Part shown: piece by piece, positions 48,974 through 57,603 of the stretch | Layout of the letters: each line of letters opens with the position of its first letter | Position numbering within the stretch: position 1 is the stretch's first letter | Source: a virus | Taxonomy: Duplodnaviria; Caudoviricetes | Length of the DNA: 64,000 bases | Direction: 5' to 3' (one strand) | IMG/VR virus record: IMGVR_UViG_3300005662_000036 | Location: 8,888 to 72,887 of that record | Notes under the pieces: model-generated | What the model saw: the letters and a program-made list of their open reading frames with translations, nothing else | The model's database searches: none | Told to the model about the DNA's origin: nothing | Translations under genes and position numbers: made by a program

Positions 48974-50925
48974 ATCCTAAATTCGAAAACACGTTTGCGA
49001 CAATGGGCTTTAAGAGTCTTTTGACCGTTCCTCCTGATTACAGTTGGGATGAAGGCAGTCCTCTTGTTGAATATCCTTCAAACAAACTGGTTTTTAATGA
49101 CCCATCTCTTGTTTTATCCAGCACTAACAATTGTGAAGGAATAGAGTATGTAGCGTATTCTCCTTTTGCTGTTCTTACTCTCTCATCGACAATGAGAATT
49201 GATTTGTCAGCTGTTTCCGTTAAAAGAGTAATGAATTTTGGTGATTATTATAACTCGGAAAGCAATATTGTTGTAAGTTCCTCAACATCCGCTGAAAATT
49301 TTTGCCACACATATGTGATGCCGGGTTTATACTCCGTAAGCTTGGAGTTTACAGAGTTCATTCAAAGTACACCTCACGATTTTTCTGTATATTCTTGCAT
49401 TGAACGATACTGTAGAGAGTGGACTTGGAAATCGACATACTGCACTCCTACAGTTTTAACTGAAGTCACTTGGCTTAGCACTTTAAGTGGAGGTCCTTTA
49501 GAAAAAAGATGGAAAGACCGTTATGATGAAGAATGTAAAGAAACTTGGATGTATACTGGTGGGTTGTATGTTCAGCCGATCGAGTTGATTCCACCACATC
49601 CTCTTTTTTGGCAGTGGTATAACTTCAGTTGTTTTCCTAACGACAATCTCAGAAATCGAGATATAACATGGCAAGGAGCTTCTTTTCAACAGTCTGATGA
49701 ACTAATATGGAGAGATGTAGGTAGTCCATGTTTAAATCTGCCTTATAGAGAAAATTCTTGGGTGTGGATGCATCAAACTTGTTCTTCTCTTCTCACTAGC
49801 GGAGCATTGACTCCATCTTCTATGTGGAACGAAATGGAATGTGATTCCAGTAATAGAAGAACATGGGACGAAGCACAAAAAAATTGTTTTGAATATCCTT
49901 ATACTTTATATAAAGTTGCTAAAAAATATGTAAAAGAACATCTTTTGAGGGTAATCGAAATACCACCAGTTGCTTATTTGCATGTAGATCAATCAAAAAA
50001 TTTTCACAATAGAATTTCCCCTTATCAGGTTCGTCTGTCGCCTCGTTTTATCAAATGCGGAAGCTTTCCAATAGAAAAAATTGTGTGGGATTTGGGTGAT
50101 GGCTCTCCTCTTTTAGTTCAAAAAAGATGGGACGTAAATAAAAGCTCTCAGTTTATATACACAGGAACGTATGATTTGGATTGGGAGGATCCTAGAAATT
50201 TCGATGTTATTCACACGTATACCGTAACGCCACGAACTGGATATTCTTTTTATCCTTCTCTGACGTGTTATGCTAGCTCGACATACACTTCCGATTGTGC
50301 AACTGGAATAGTTGGACCATTAAAGCTCAAAGCTCTACAAGAAACAGATGATGACTCCGTTGAAAACGTATTTAACTTACGTTTGATTCAAAACGAGATA
50401 ACAGAATCTGGTAAATTGTTATTAGGTGAAATTGGAAGAACAGCTGTTATATGGAGATATGGAACAAAGAATGAAGAACCAACTATTAATCCAATAACAA
50501 TAAGAGCTCATTATAAACCGGGCTCTGTAAATATACGTTATAATATTACTTTAAATGAGCCAAGCGATGTTGATTTATTGATACAATTTACTAACGTATT
50601 ATACACCACAACATCTCCCTTAAGTGTTGATGTGATCTTACCCGTTGATAGTAATTCAACTACAGCAGAAACCAGTAGAACTCTGTTTGAGTCATATTCC
50701 TTTTTAGATCAGCAATCAGAATTTTTTAATATAAAAGTAATTCCGCTACAACCTTCAAAATACATACATCAAACAGAATTTGTTCCGACGTTTGAACCAC
50801 AACCCTCAAGCACTCCTCAACCAACACCATTGCCCACTCCAACACCAATTCCTAATTGTGATTTAGTAGTATCGATAAAGGATATTTCTTGTGACTTATC
50901 TTACACTGTAACTATTACACCTTAA
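48970..50925 (+). CDS. PKD-domain virion protein with Trp/Cys repeats and Pro/Thr linker
   Basis: 'MNFGD...HTYVMPGLY', 'IVWDLGDGSP', 'PTPLPTPTP'. Confidence 0.7.
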   Translation: MNPKFENTFATMGFKSLLTVPPDYSWDEGSPLVEYPSNKLVFNDPSLVLSSTNNCEGIEYVAYSPFAVLTLSSTMRIDLSAVSVKRVMNFGDYYNSESNIVVSSSTSAENFCHTYVMPGLYSVSLEFTEFIQSTPHDFSVYSCIERYCREWTWKSTYCTPTVLTEVTWLSTLSGGPLEKRWKDRYDEECKETWMYTGGLYVQPIELIPPHPLFWQWYNFSCFPNDNLRNRDITWQGASFQQSDELIWRDVGSPCLNLPYRENSWVWMHQTCSSLLTSGALTPSSMWNEMECDSSNRRTWDEAQKNCFEYPYTLYKVAKKYVKEHLLRVIEIPPVAYLHVDQSKNFHNRISPYQVRLSPRFIKCGSFPIEKIVWDLGDGSPLLVQKRWDVNKSSQFIYTGTYDLDWEDPRNFDVIHTYTVTPRTGYSFYPSLTCYASSTYTSDCATGIVGPLKLKALQETDDDSVENVFNLRLIQNEITESGKLLLGEIGRTAVIWRYGTKNEEPTINPITIRAHYKPGSVNIRYNITLNEPSDVDLLIQFTNVLYTTTSPLSVDVILPVDSNSTTAETSRTLFESYSFLDQQSEFFNIKVIPLQPSKYIHQTEFVPTFEPQPSSTPQPTPLPTPTPIPNCDLVVSIKDISCDLSYTVTITP

Positions 50926-50933
50926 ATAATTTT

Positions 50934-51671
50934 ATGTCAGCATCTATCACGTTCAATTCAATAAATTTTTTAAATTTATCTGCAGATTTGTCGTTTTATC
51001 CACTTACTGGTGGGTTTGAACATATAGGGTTAGTAAACATACCTTACGTTCACAATTCTTTGGGTTATTATTACGGAACATATGAATTTACTTTTGGAAC
51101 TTATAACAAAACTTGCTCAATTCAAGTTCTTCCAGTTCCAGCAACACCTACTCCTACTCCTACTATTACCAATACTCCAACAAATAGCCAAACTCCAAAC
51201 CCCACACCTACTACTACACCAACTCAAAGCAATCCACCTACAAATACTCCAACTCCAACAATTACACCATCAAATACTGCTACCTTGGGTTCTACTCCTA
51301 CTCCAACACGAACTTCTACTCTTTCTCCTTCACCGACACCATCCGCAACGATTTCAACAGCTTCTACTGTTTTAACACAGAACGCTTTAGGTGTATCCTG
51401 TACTCAGTGTTCATCAAATGGTATCTCAATGTCATTTAATGTGATTGGAACGAGCTTGACGTTCGCTCCATTAACAACACCAGGTTCTCTACCTTCGAGT
51501 TTGTTTATATACAAGTCTGGTACTATCATCGGACGCATTACAGTAACGTCTGGATACAGAGCTACTCCAGTTTCGATGGTTCTTGTATATAGCGGAGTTA
51601 CTTATACGTTTTTATCAAATGGTGGAACTGCTGTAACCACACCCGCAAACGGATTTCGAATAGATGTTTAA
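50934..51671 (+). CDS. mucin-like Thr/Pro-stalk protein
   Basis: About 70-aa central TPTPT stretch between two beta-rich domains. Confidence 0.75.
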   Translation: MSASITFNSINFLNLSADLSFYPLTGGFEHIGLVNIPYVHNSLGYYYGTYEFTFGTYNKTCSIQVLPVPATPTPTPTITNTPTNSQTPNPTPTTTPTQSNPPTNTPTPTITPSNTATLGSTPTPTRTSTLSPSPTPSATISTASTVLTQNALGVSCTQCSSNGISMSFNVIGTSLTFAPLTTPGSLPSSLFIYKSGTIIGRITVTSGYRATPVSMVLVYSGVTYTFLSNGGTAVTTPANGFRIDV

Positions 51672-51680
51672 TGCGGCATT

Positions 51681-54152
51681 ATGAAAACAATAACTCAAAG
51701 CGGAATGGAGGCAATTGAATGTCAAGTTGTTGGCAATAAAGATATAAGCAGTTTAAGTAATTTATCAAATTTAACAACAATAACTGGTATTGGTTACGCT
51801 TCTGATAATAGAACGTTTGCTGGTTGGATTAGCTGGTTGTACTTTTTTTATACAAACGGACTTGATATCCTTAATTCCCTTCAAACATTAGTAAAAAACA
51901 ACGGATATTTAGTGGAACTTATCTCAACGGCTTCTGTTCCATTTACTCTTTATTCAGATACAGATAATTTTCCTTCAACTAAAATCATTCAAAGAGAAAT
52001 AGAAATAGCAGAATATAGAGGAACGTCGAATTTACTAATCACCGATTCGCCATTTATTAATGAATTATTAGAGGTGTATCATTATGACGGATTTGGTTGG
52101 GTCAGCTGGATTTTTGGTCTTTGGAGTGGAGGACTAAATGAATTTAATTCGTTAGAAAAGTTTGAGCCAAATAAAACATATTTAATTGTAAACAAAACTA
52201 CGTTTTCAGATTATGTTTTTTACAATTCTGCTCCTGCGTCCTCGCCAACACCAACTCAAACAAACACACCAACTCAGTCTCCCTCTGTAACACCAACCCA
52301 GACTGTAACACCAACCCAGACTGTAACACCGACACCAACAGAAACTAATTTTGCACTGCCTCCTGCTACTCCAACTCAAACAGCAACTCCTCCACCTACT
52401 CCGAACCCCACTACTACATCTACCGTTACGTCTTCGATTACTCCAACTAAAACGGTGACTAAAACATCAATGGCTACTCCTAACCCTACAAGTACGCCCA
52501 CTCCAACAAATACTACTACTTCCACACCAACACAAACTTTTACTCAAACATCAACCCCCTCTCAAACACCAACACAAACTCCGACTAGAACTGCAGCTCC
52601 GACTCCAAATCCTACAAGTTCCCCAACTCAAACTAATACTCCAATACCAAGCCAAACTCCAACTAAAACAGCAGCTCCTACGCCAAATCCGACGAGTACT
52701 CCTACAATTACATCAACTGAAACGCCAACCAGGACTGCAGCTCCAACTCCAAATCCTACAAGCACTTCAACGGGCACGCCAATGCCCACTCCAAATCCAA
52801 CTTCAACTAAAACACCAGTTCCTACACCAAATCCAACAAGCACTCCTACTCCAACTAAAACGGCAGTTCCTACACCAAATCCAACAAGCACTCCTACTCC
52901 TACTCAAACTCCAACTAAAACGGCAGTTCCTACACCAAATCCAACAAGCACACCAACTCAAACTCCAACTAAAACGGCAGTTCCTACACCAAATCCAACA
53001 AGTACTCAAACTCCAACTAAAACGGCAGTTCCTACACCAAATCCAACAAGTACTCAAACTCCAACTAAAACGGCAGTTCCTACACCAAACCCAACAAACA
53101 CTAACACACCAAGCCAAACTCCAACTAAAACGGCAGTTCCTACACCAAATCCAACAAGTACTTCTACTCCAACAAAGACTGCAGCTCCTACACCAAATCC
53201 AACAAATTCTCCAACAACAACTCAAACCCCTTCTAATACTCAAACACCAACTCCAACTCAAACTCCAACACCTTCAACTACTCCAGATCCAACGAAGACG
53301 CCAACGACCACTCCAGATCCAACTAAAACACCAACTCAGACTAAAACAAGCACACCGGATCCAACTAAAACACCAACTCAGACAAGAACACAAACTCCGA
53401 CTATATCTAATCCATGTCCGATACCATCTGGAGGAACAGCTTTTATTTCAAATATTAACTGTTCTCTTACTGAATGTAAAGTTTTTGCAAGAAATGATGG
53501 ATGGTTTACTTTCAGCACAAGTTCGAGTACAACAAAACTATGGTTTGATAAATACACCAAACAAATTAAAACTAACAATACAAGTGATATTAAAAGGTTT
53601 TGGGGTTGGACTCATTTTAATAACGGATGTGAAGACACGTATAGTGGAATCACCGTTGATCTCACAAAAGTTCCTCTAATAGAAGAATTCGTTACATCTG
53701 GATTTGGTCACAACATAACTGGATTTAATGCTGCAGGTTGTGCGAGTTTAGTTACGGTAGATATTGGCAATGGTTTACACAACATGACTACATGCGATTT
53801 TTCCAATTGCACTTCTTTACAAGTTCTTGATTTAAATGGTACGTCTAGTGCTAAAAGATTAAATTCTATTAATTTAACAAATTGCAAAAAGATAAGAGAT
53901 TTGCGTTTACAAAACCATAGTTTATCCCTTGCCTCATTAAAAACTATAATTAGTATTATACATACTGGTGCTACAACAAATAGTATAACAAACGGCTATT
54001 TAGATTTAACTGGTAATCCTGGTTGGGCATCAGCAAAGACTGATGCCACTGCCAAGGCTCAATTAAAGTTTTTATCTAAATGTACCTCAAAAACAAGTAC
54101 TGGTTATACTTGGACTATTGTAGGATGGAGTCCGTGTACAGATGGTTATTAA
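51681..54152 (+). CDS. mucin-like Thr/Pro-repeat protein with duplicated N-terminal domain and C-terminal LRR
   Basis: ~390-aa T/P stalk; N-terminal repeats 'GW(I/V)SW...NSL...N..YL'; LRR-like 'LQVLDLNG...LNSINLTNC...LRLQNHSL', 'LDLTGNP'. Confidence 0.8.
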   Translation: MKTITQSGMEAIECQVVGNKDISSLSNLSNLTTITGIGYASDNRTFAGWISWLYFFYTNGLDILNSLQTLVKNNGYLVELISTASVPFTLYSDTDNFPSTKIIQREIEIAEYRGTSNLLITDSPFINELLEVYHYDGFGWVSWIFGLWSGGLNEFNSLEKFEPNKTYLIVNKTTFSDYVFYNSAPASSPTPTQTNTPTQSPSVTPTQTVTPTQTVTPTPTETNFALPPATPTQTATPPPTPNPTTTSTVTSSITPTKTVTKTSMATPNPTSTPTPTNTTTSTPTQTFTQTSTPSQTPTQTPTRTAAPTPNPTSSPTQTNTPIPSQTPTKTAAPTPNPTSTPTITSTETPTRTAAPTPNPTSTSTGTPMPTPNPTSTKTPVPTPNPTSTPTPTKTAVPTPNPTSTPTPTQTPTKTAVPTPNPTSTPTQTPTKTAVPTPNPTSTQTPTKTAVPTPNPTSTQTPTKTAVPTPNPTNTNTPSQTPTKTAVPTPNPTSTSTPTKTAAPTPNPTNSPTTTQTPSNTQTPTPTQTPTPSTTPDPTKTPTTTPDPTKTPTQTKTSTPDPTKTPTQTRTQTPTISNPCPIPSGGTAFISNINCSLTECKVFARNDGWFTFSTSSSTTKLWFDKYTKQIKTNNTSDIKRFWGWTHFNNGCEDTYSGITVDLTKVPLIEEFVTSGFGHNITGFNAAGCASLVTVDIGNGLHNMTTCDFSNCTSLQVLDLNGTSSAKRLNSINLTNCKKIRDLRLQNHSLSLASLKTIISIIHTGATTNSITNGYLDLTGNPGWASAKTDATAKAQLKFLSKCTSKTSTGYTWTIVGWSPCTDGY
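52285..52330 (+). repeat. 18-nt tandem repeat (VTPTQT)
   Basis: ctgtaacaccaacccaga x2 plus a partial copy. Confidence 0.85.
52851..53160 (+). repeat. coding tandem repeat, six copies of PTKTAVPTPNPT core
   Basis: ccaactaaaacggcagttcctacaccaaa at 52851, 52911, 52965, 53013, 53061, 53121 (periods 60, 54, 48, 48, 60 nt). Confidence 0.92.
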
Positions 54153-54198
54153 AATAGCCGTTTATAGAAATTATTGCTGAGTTAGATAAATAAAATAA

Positions 54199-55245
54199 AT
54201 GAAAAATCAACTTTCTGATATTTACGAACAAATACTACTAACCGAGTCAGAAAAAAATTCTCTGACTAAATCAACTAATGATAATGTAGGTAATCTTAAA
54301 CCAAATCAAGAAGCTTTTGGAGAAAAACCAGAAGCAGTTGCTGGTCCAGAAAAAGCTAAAATTAAACAAGGGCCTTCTTATAAAATTTCAACCAGCTCAG
54401 AAACCGGAGTATCATATTCAAAACAAGGCTCTTCTTTTAAAGGAACCAAAGAAGCTTCAGAAGCAGAAAAAGAAGAAGCAACAGATATGAAAGAAGAAGA
54501 AGTTGTTCCCGAAACAGAAGCCAATAAAACTGAAGAAACCGAAGAAACAGAACAAAAAATTACATCGAAAAATTTCAACAATAATGATAAATATAATAAA
54601 CCAAGTAAATCAACCCAAGTAGAACAATATACTATGAGCGCATTCGAAACCTTATTTAAAAAAACTCTAACTGAAGAAGTTAAAGAACCCGCAACAGATA
54701 ATCAAGAATCTCTTCCTGTGTCTGATTCAGCAAACTCTGTTTCAGATGAAACAGAACAAGTTGCTGATACAGAAGATGTTTCAGATGACGTAGATGAATC
54801 CGAAACAGAAGGTGACTTAATTGCTGATTTACATGAGCTTAAGTCAAAACTAGAAACAATTTTGTCAAAATTGGAATCTGACTTAGACTCAGACGATTCA
54901 GAAGCTGAAAATTCAGAGGACGACTTTACTGATGAAGACTATGAAGACGAATTCGGAACAGAAGACGGTGAAGATGAAGATGGAGAAGAAACGGAAGACT
55001 CCAAACCAGTAGTCACAAAAGAATCCGTCGAAAAACCAAAACCTCTTTCTCCTTCTAAAGGTAAACAACTAATTTCTAAAAACAATAAAGTTGGTGGAAA
55101 AATTAAAGCTAAAGGCGGCAAAGCTTACGCAGGTAATCTAAAAAATGACCCTTCTCCTAAATCTTTAGCTTCAAAAACCAATCATTTAACAAAAGGTAAT
55201 TCAGAAGTTAAATCCACCGTTAAAAAAGGTGATTTTATTAAATAA
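54199..55245 (+). CDS. acidic low-complexity protein, candidate head core/scaffold-type protein
   Basis: D/E-rich middle and K-rich C-terminus; TAAATA 12 nt upstream; function inferred only. Confidence 0.6.
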   Translation: MKNQLSDIYEQILLTESEKNSLTKSTNDNVGNLKPNQEAFGEKPEAVAGPEKAKIKQGPSYKISTSSETGVSYSKQGSSFKGTKEASEAEKEEATDMKEEEVVPETEANKTEETEETEQKITSKNFNNNDKYNKPSKSTQVEQYTMSAFETLFKKTLTEEVKEPATDNQESLPVSDSANSVSDETEQVADTEDVSDDVDESETEGDLIADLHELKSKLETILSKLESDLDSDDSEAENSEDDFTDEDYEDEFGTEDGEDEDGEETEDSKPVVTKESVEKPKPLSPSKGKQLISKNNKVGGKIKAKGGKAYAGNLKNDPSPKSLASKTNHLTKGNSEVKSTVKKGDFIK

Positions 55246-55264
55246 TTTATAAGCTAAGTGGGAT

Positions 55265-55300
55265 AAAAAAGAGGCTCTATGTGAGCCTCTTTTTTTTTTT
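55265..55300 (+). terminator. rho-independent terminator
   Basis: AAGAGGCTC-tatgt-GAGCCTCTT followed by a long T tract. Confidence 0.9.
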
Positions 55301-55335
55301 GTTTTTTCTTCGAGGGTTTGATTAAATAATGAACA

Positions 55336-55827
55336 ATGAGAATTAAAAATAAACGATTGGAAGATTATCTTACTGTAGCTAAAACTCCAATACATCCCAA
55401 TTCTTTAGATTCAAATGTCTTTTATGTTCCAGAAACTGGTGAAAATCCCAGATTGCTTCCTGGTATTCAAGCTCAAATTGCAAAAAATATAGAGTTATTA
55501 TGTGGAGAACAGCATCAAAGAATAAAAAGATACGTTTTAGTTGGAGATGCTTTGATTCCTGGATCTCAAAATCGAACAGCTGATTTAAAAATTCTTATTA
55601 TTCTAAACAAACAATTAATGGATATTGATTTAGAAGGAGTTATATCAGAAAAAATATTAAAAGTAATAGACTCTCTCAACAATTCTTATGCAATGGGTAC
55701 TTTAAGAAAAATTAAGTACGTTCCAACAGTTAGAGATTTAAATCTTTCCGAACATCAAGCTGTATATGATGTTTTTACAAACCAATGGATTAAACTTCCA
55801 ACCAATTTAAATGTTAACTACGATTAA
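55336..55827 (+). CDS. degenerate Pol-beta-type nucleotidyltransferase-fold protein
   Basis: 'YVLVGDAL...TADLKILII' aligns to the hG[S]-x-DhD motif with substitutions; C-terminal 'AVYDVFTNQWIKLP'. Confidence 0.45.
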   Translation: MRIKNKRLEDYLTVAKTPIHPNSLDSNVFYVPETGENPRLLPGIQAQIAKNIELLCGEQHQRIKRYVLVGDALIPGSQNRTADLKILIILNKQLMDIDLEGVISEKILKVIDSLNNSYAMGTLRKIKYVPTVRDLNLSEHQAVYDVFTNQWIKLPTNLNVNYD

Positions 55828-56857
55828 TGATAAAGTACGGTATTTAAATAAAAACAATAATGCTAATGAGCGTGAAAATTACTCAAAGTGGTGGAAAGAG
55901 CTCATAGAGCATTATGGTACTTCTATTACATATTATACTCATGGTTATAGTTTAACATCCCATAATTTTTTATATGGAGAAGATCCAACTGCTTCATATA
56001 CAAAAACGCCAAACGTCATAATGATAACAGATATTACTAATGACGCGTTAATGCTCTCAAAATTTGGAATAATGGCTGATTGTGATCTTACTGCTGTTAT
56101 TCATATATCTTCTTTTTATGAAAAACTAGGTTGTGGGTCTGAGCCTAAAGCTGGTGATTTGATTCAGCTTACAGAATATGGTGCTGATCGCCCAGGAGGA
56201 AGAAGTGCTCCTATTTATGAAATTACTGAAAGAGATGATGAGTATTTAAATATGACCAACCCGTTGATCGGTCATTATGTGTGGTATATTAAGTGCAAAC
56301 GCTTTGAATATTCATATGAGCCTGGTATTCCCGATCAGCCTAACAACAAACAGCTTAGTGACGGAGGTGATTATGGACGTTATGCTGGAGGAGAAAACCC
56401 TGAAGAATTATTCCAATCATATCCAGATTCGGTTCAAAATTCTGCAAAATGCATTTATGATTATTATAGTGACGATCCAACTGGTCTCGAAATTAATCCC
56501 AACCATTTTGTTCCTCCAGCTAAACCATCATGCCCTGAAAATTTAACACTTAGAAATTTAAGTGCTGTTCCTGGTCCTTATGCTCAACAAGAAGTTTTCA
56601 CACAAGAACATTTAGACTCCATAAATGCACTAACAACAGAGCTTCTTTCGTCAAACGCAGTTAATACTGCTACCACCGAACAAATTTTTATAACAAATAA
56701 TAGAAAAAATGTTATGTTGAGAACGTTAGTTTCAGATGTTAGTGGCACAAAAACTTTTACTATACAAACTAGCGGTAAACCTGAAGATGTTATCACATAC
56801 TCAACATCAGATTCTGTTGTCAACTTGTTTGATGTGTTTGGAGGAGGAACTGTTTAA
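55811..56857 (+). CDS. gp14: neck/head-completion protein gp14-like with C-terminal extension
   Basis: 'PKAGDLIQL', 'IYEITER', 'HYVWYIKCKRFEYSYE'. Confidence 0.7.
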   Translation: MLTTINDKVRYLNKNNNANERENYSKWWKELIEHYGTSITYYTHGYSLTSHNFLYGEDPTASYTKTPNVIMITDITNDALMLSKFGIMADCDLTAVIHISSFYEKLGCGSEPKAGDLIQLTEYGADRPGGRSAPIYEITERDDEYLNMTNPLIGHYVWYIKCKRFEYSYEPGIPDQPNNKQLSDGGDYGRYAGGENPEELFQSYPDSVQNSAKCIYDYYSDDPTGLEINPNHFVPPAKPSCPENLTLRNLSAVPGPYAQQEVFTQEHLDSINALTTELLSSNAVNTATTEQIFITNNRKNVMLRTLVSDVSGTKTFTIQTSGKPEDVITYSTSDSVVNLFDVFGGGTV

Positions 56858-56858
56858 T

Positions 56859-57200
56859 ATGAGTAATAAATCAAAACCTTATGGATACTATGGAGGGGTA
56901 ACACAACAAAACCATTATGTTCCACCTCCCAGCATACCTTTTATTCCTCAACCAGCTTCTATTCCTTTTGTGGAAGACTATGCACAAAAACTAGAAGAAA
57001 TTCGTTTTTCCGTTGAAGAAACACAAAAATTTTTTACTTTAAACAAAGGAAGTATAATGCGGAGATATCTTATAGAAAGAACCTCAAATCAAGAGTTATA
57101 CAAAATCACAACAATTGATAACCCAACAGATGTTATCATTTATACTACTTCTTTATCAGGAGTTGAAGATCTTCTTTTATTAGATGGAGGAGAGTTTTAA
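56859..57200 (+). CDS. small protein ending in DGGEF
   Basis: ATG 56859 directly after the upstream stop; C-terminus homologous to the gp14-like extension. Confidence 0.7.
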   Translation: MSNKSKPYGYYGGVTQQNHYVPPPSIPFIPQPASIPFVEDYAQKLEEIRFSVEETQKFFTLNKGSIMRRYLIERTSNQELYKITTIDNPTDVIIYTTSLSGVEDLLLLDGGEF

Positions 57201-57475
57201 TGAACGAAGATATCTTTCAACGACGAGTTTTTTCAGACAAATACAAAGAAACATTAAATTTACTCAACTCTTTATCTAGTATTGCTGAAGACGATCAAAA
57301 CATTTTAATACGTCTTAACACCTCACATTTATCAGCAGATAAAGAAACCTTCCAAAACGTTGATGATTTAGATACGTTTGTTTTTTTAACATCAGCTGAT
57401 CCAGAAAATGAAATTACATATAAATCTCTTTTAAATCAAGTAAATTTAAATGTCCGAGATGGCGGACACTTTTAG
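57200..57475 (+). CDS. small protein ending in DGGHF
   Basis: 91 aa, translationally coupled (TAATG). Confidence 0.7.
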   Translation: MNEDIFQRRVFSDKYKETLNLLNSLSSIAEDDQNILIRLNTSHLSADKETFQNVDDLDTFVFLTSADPENEITYKSLLNQVNLNVRDGGHF

Positions 57476-57479
57476 AGTC

Positions 57480-57510
57480 AAATCCCTGTTATATACAGGG
57501 ATTTTTTTTT
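57480..57510 (+). terminator. rho-independent terminator
   Basis: AAATCCCTGT-tatat-ACAGGGATTT plus T tract. Confidence 0.88.
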
Positions 57511-57603
57511 TTGTGCTTACATAAAAAAAATACAAAAATTGATAAGTAATATTGTTGGCTATAAAAGTCAACAACAAAATAACAATCAACCAAATAAAAA
57601 ATT

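Noticed and set aside
52851-53160. Conserved ~29-nt repeats with variable intervening sequence, resembling a CRISPR array
   Set aside because: All periods are multiples of 3, the spacers are related T/P-coding sequence within an 823-aa ORF, the repeat is not palindromic and no cas genes are present
52628-53261. Antisense ORFs with VGFGVG and WCRNCRFSW repeats
   Set aside because: Shadows of the sense T/P repeat, which lacks antisense stops; the other short opposite-strand ORFs in the track were treated the same way
9183-56858. Longest-ORF starts in the supplied track (9183, 13129, 13241, 16003, 21734, 30779, 38315, 56736)
   Set aside because: Downstream ATGs avoid overlaps and/or sit at the TAAATA-defined spacing, so they were used instead
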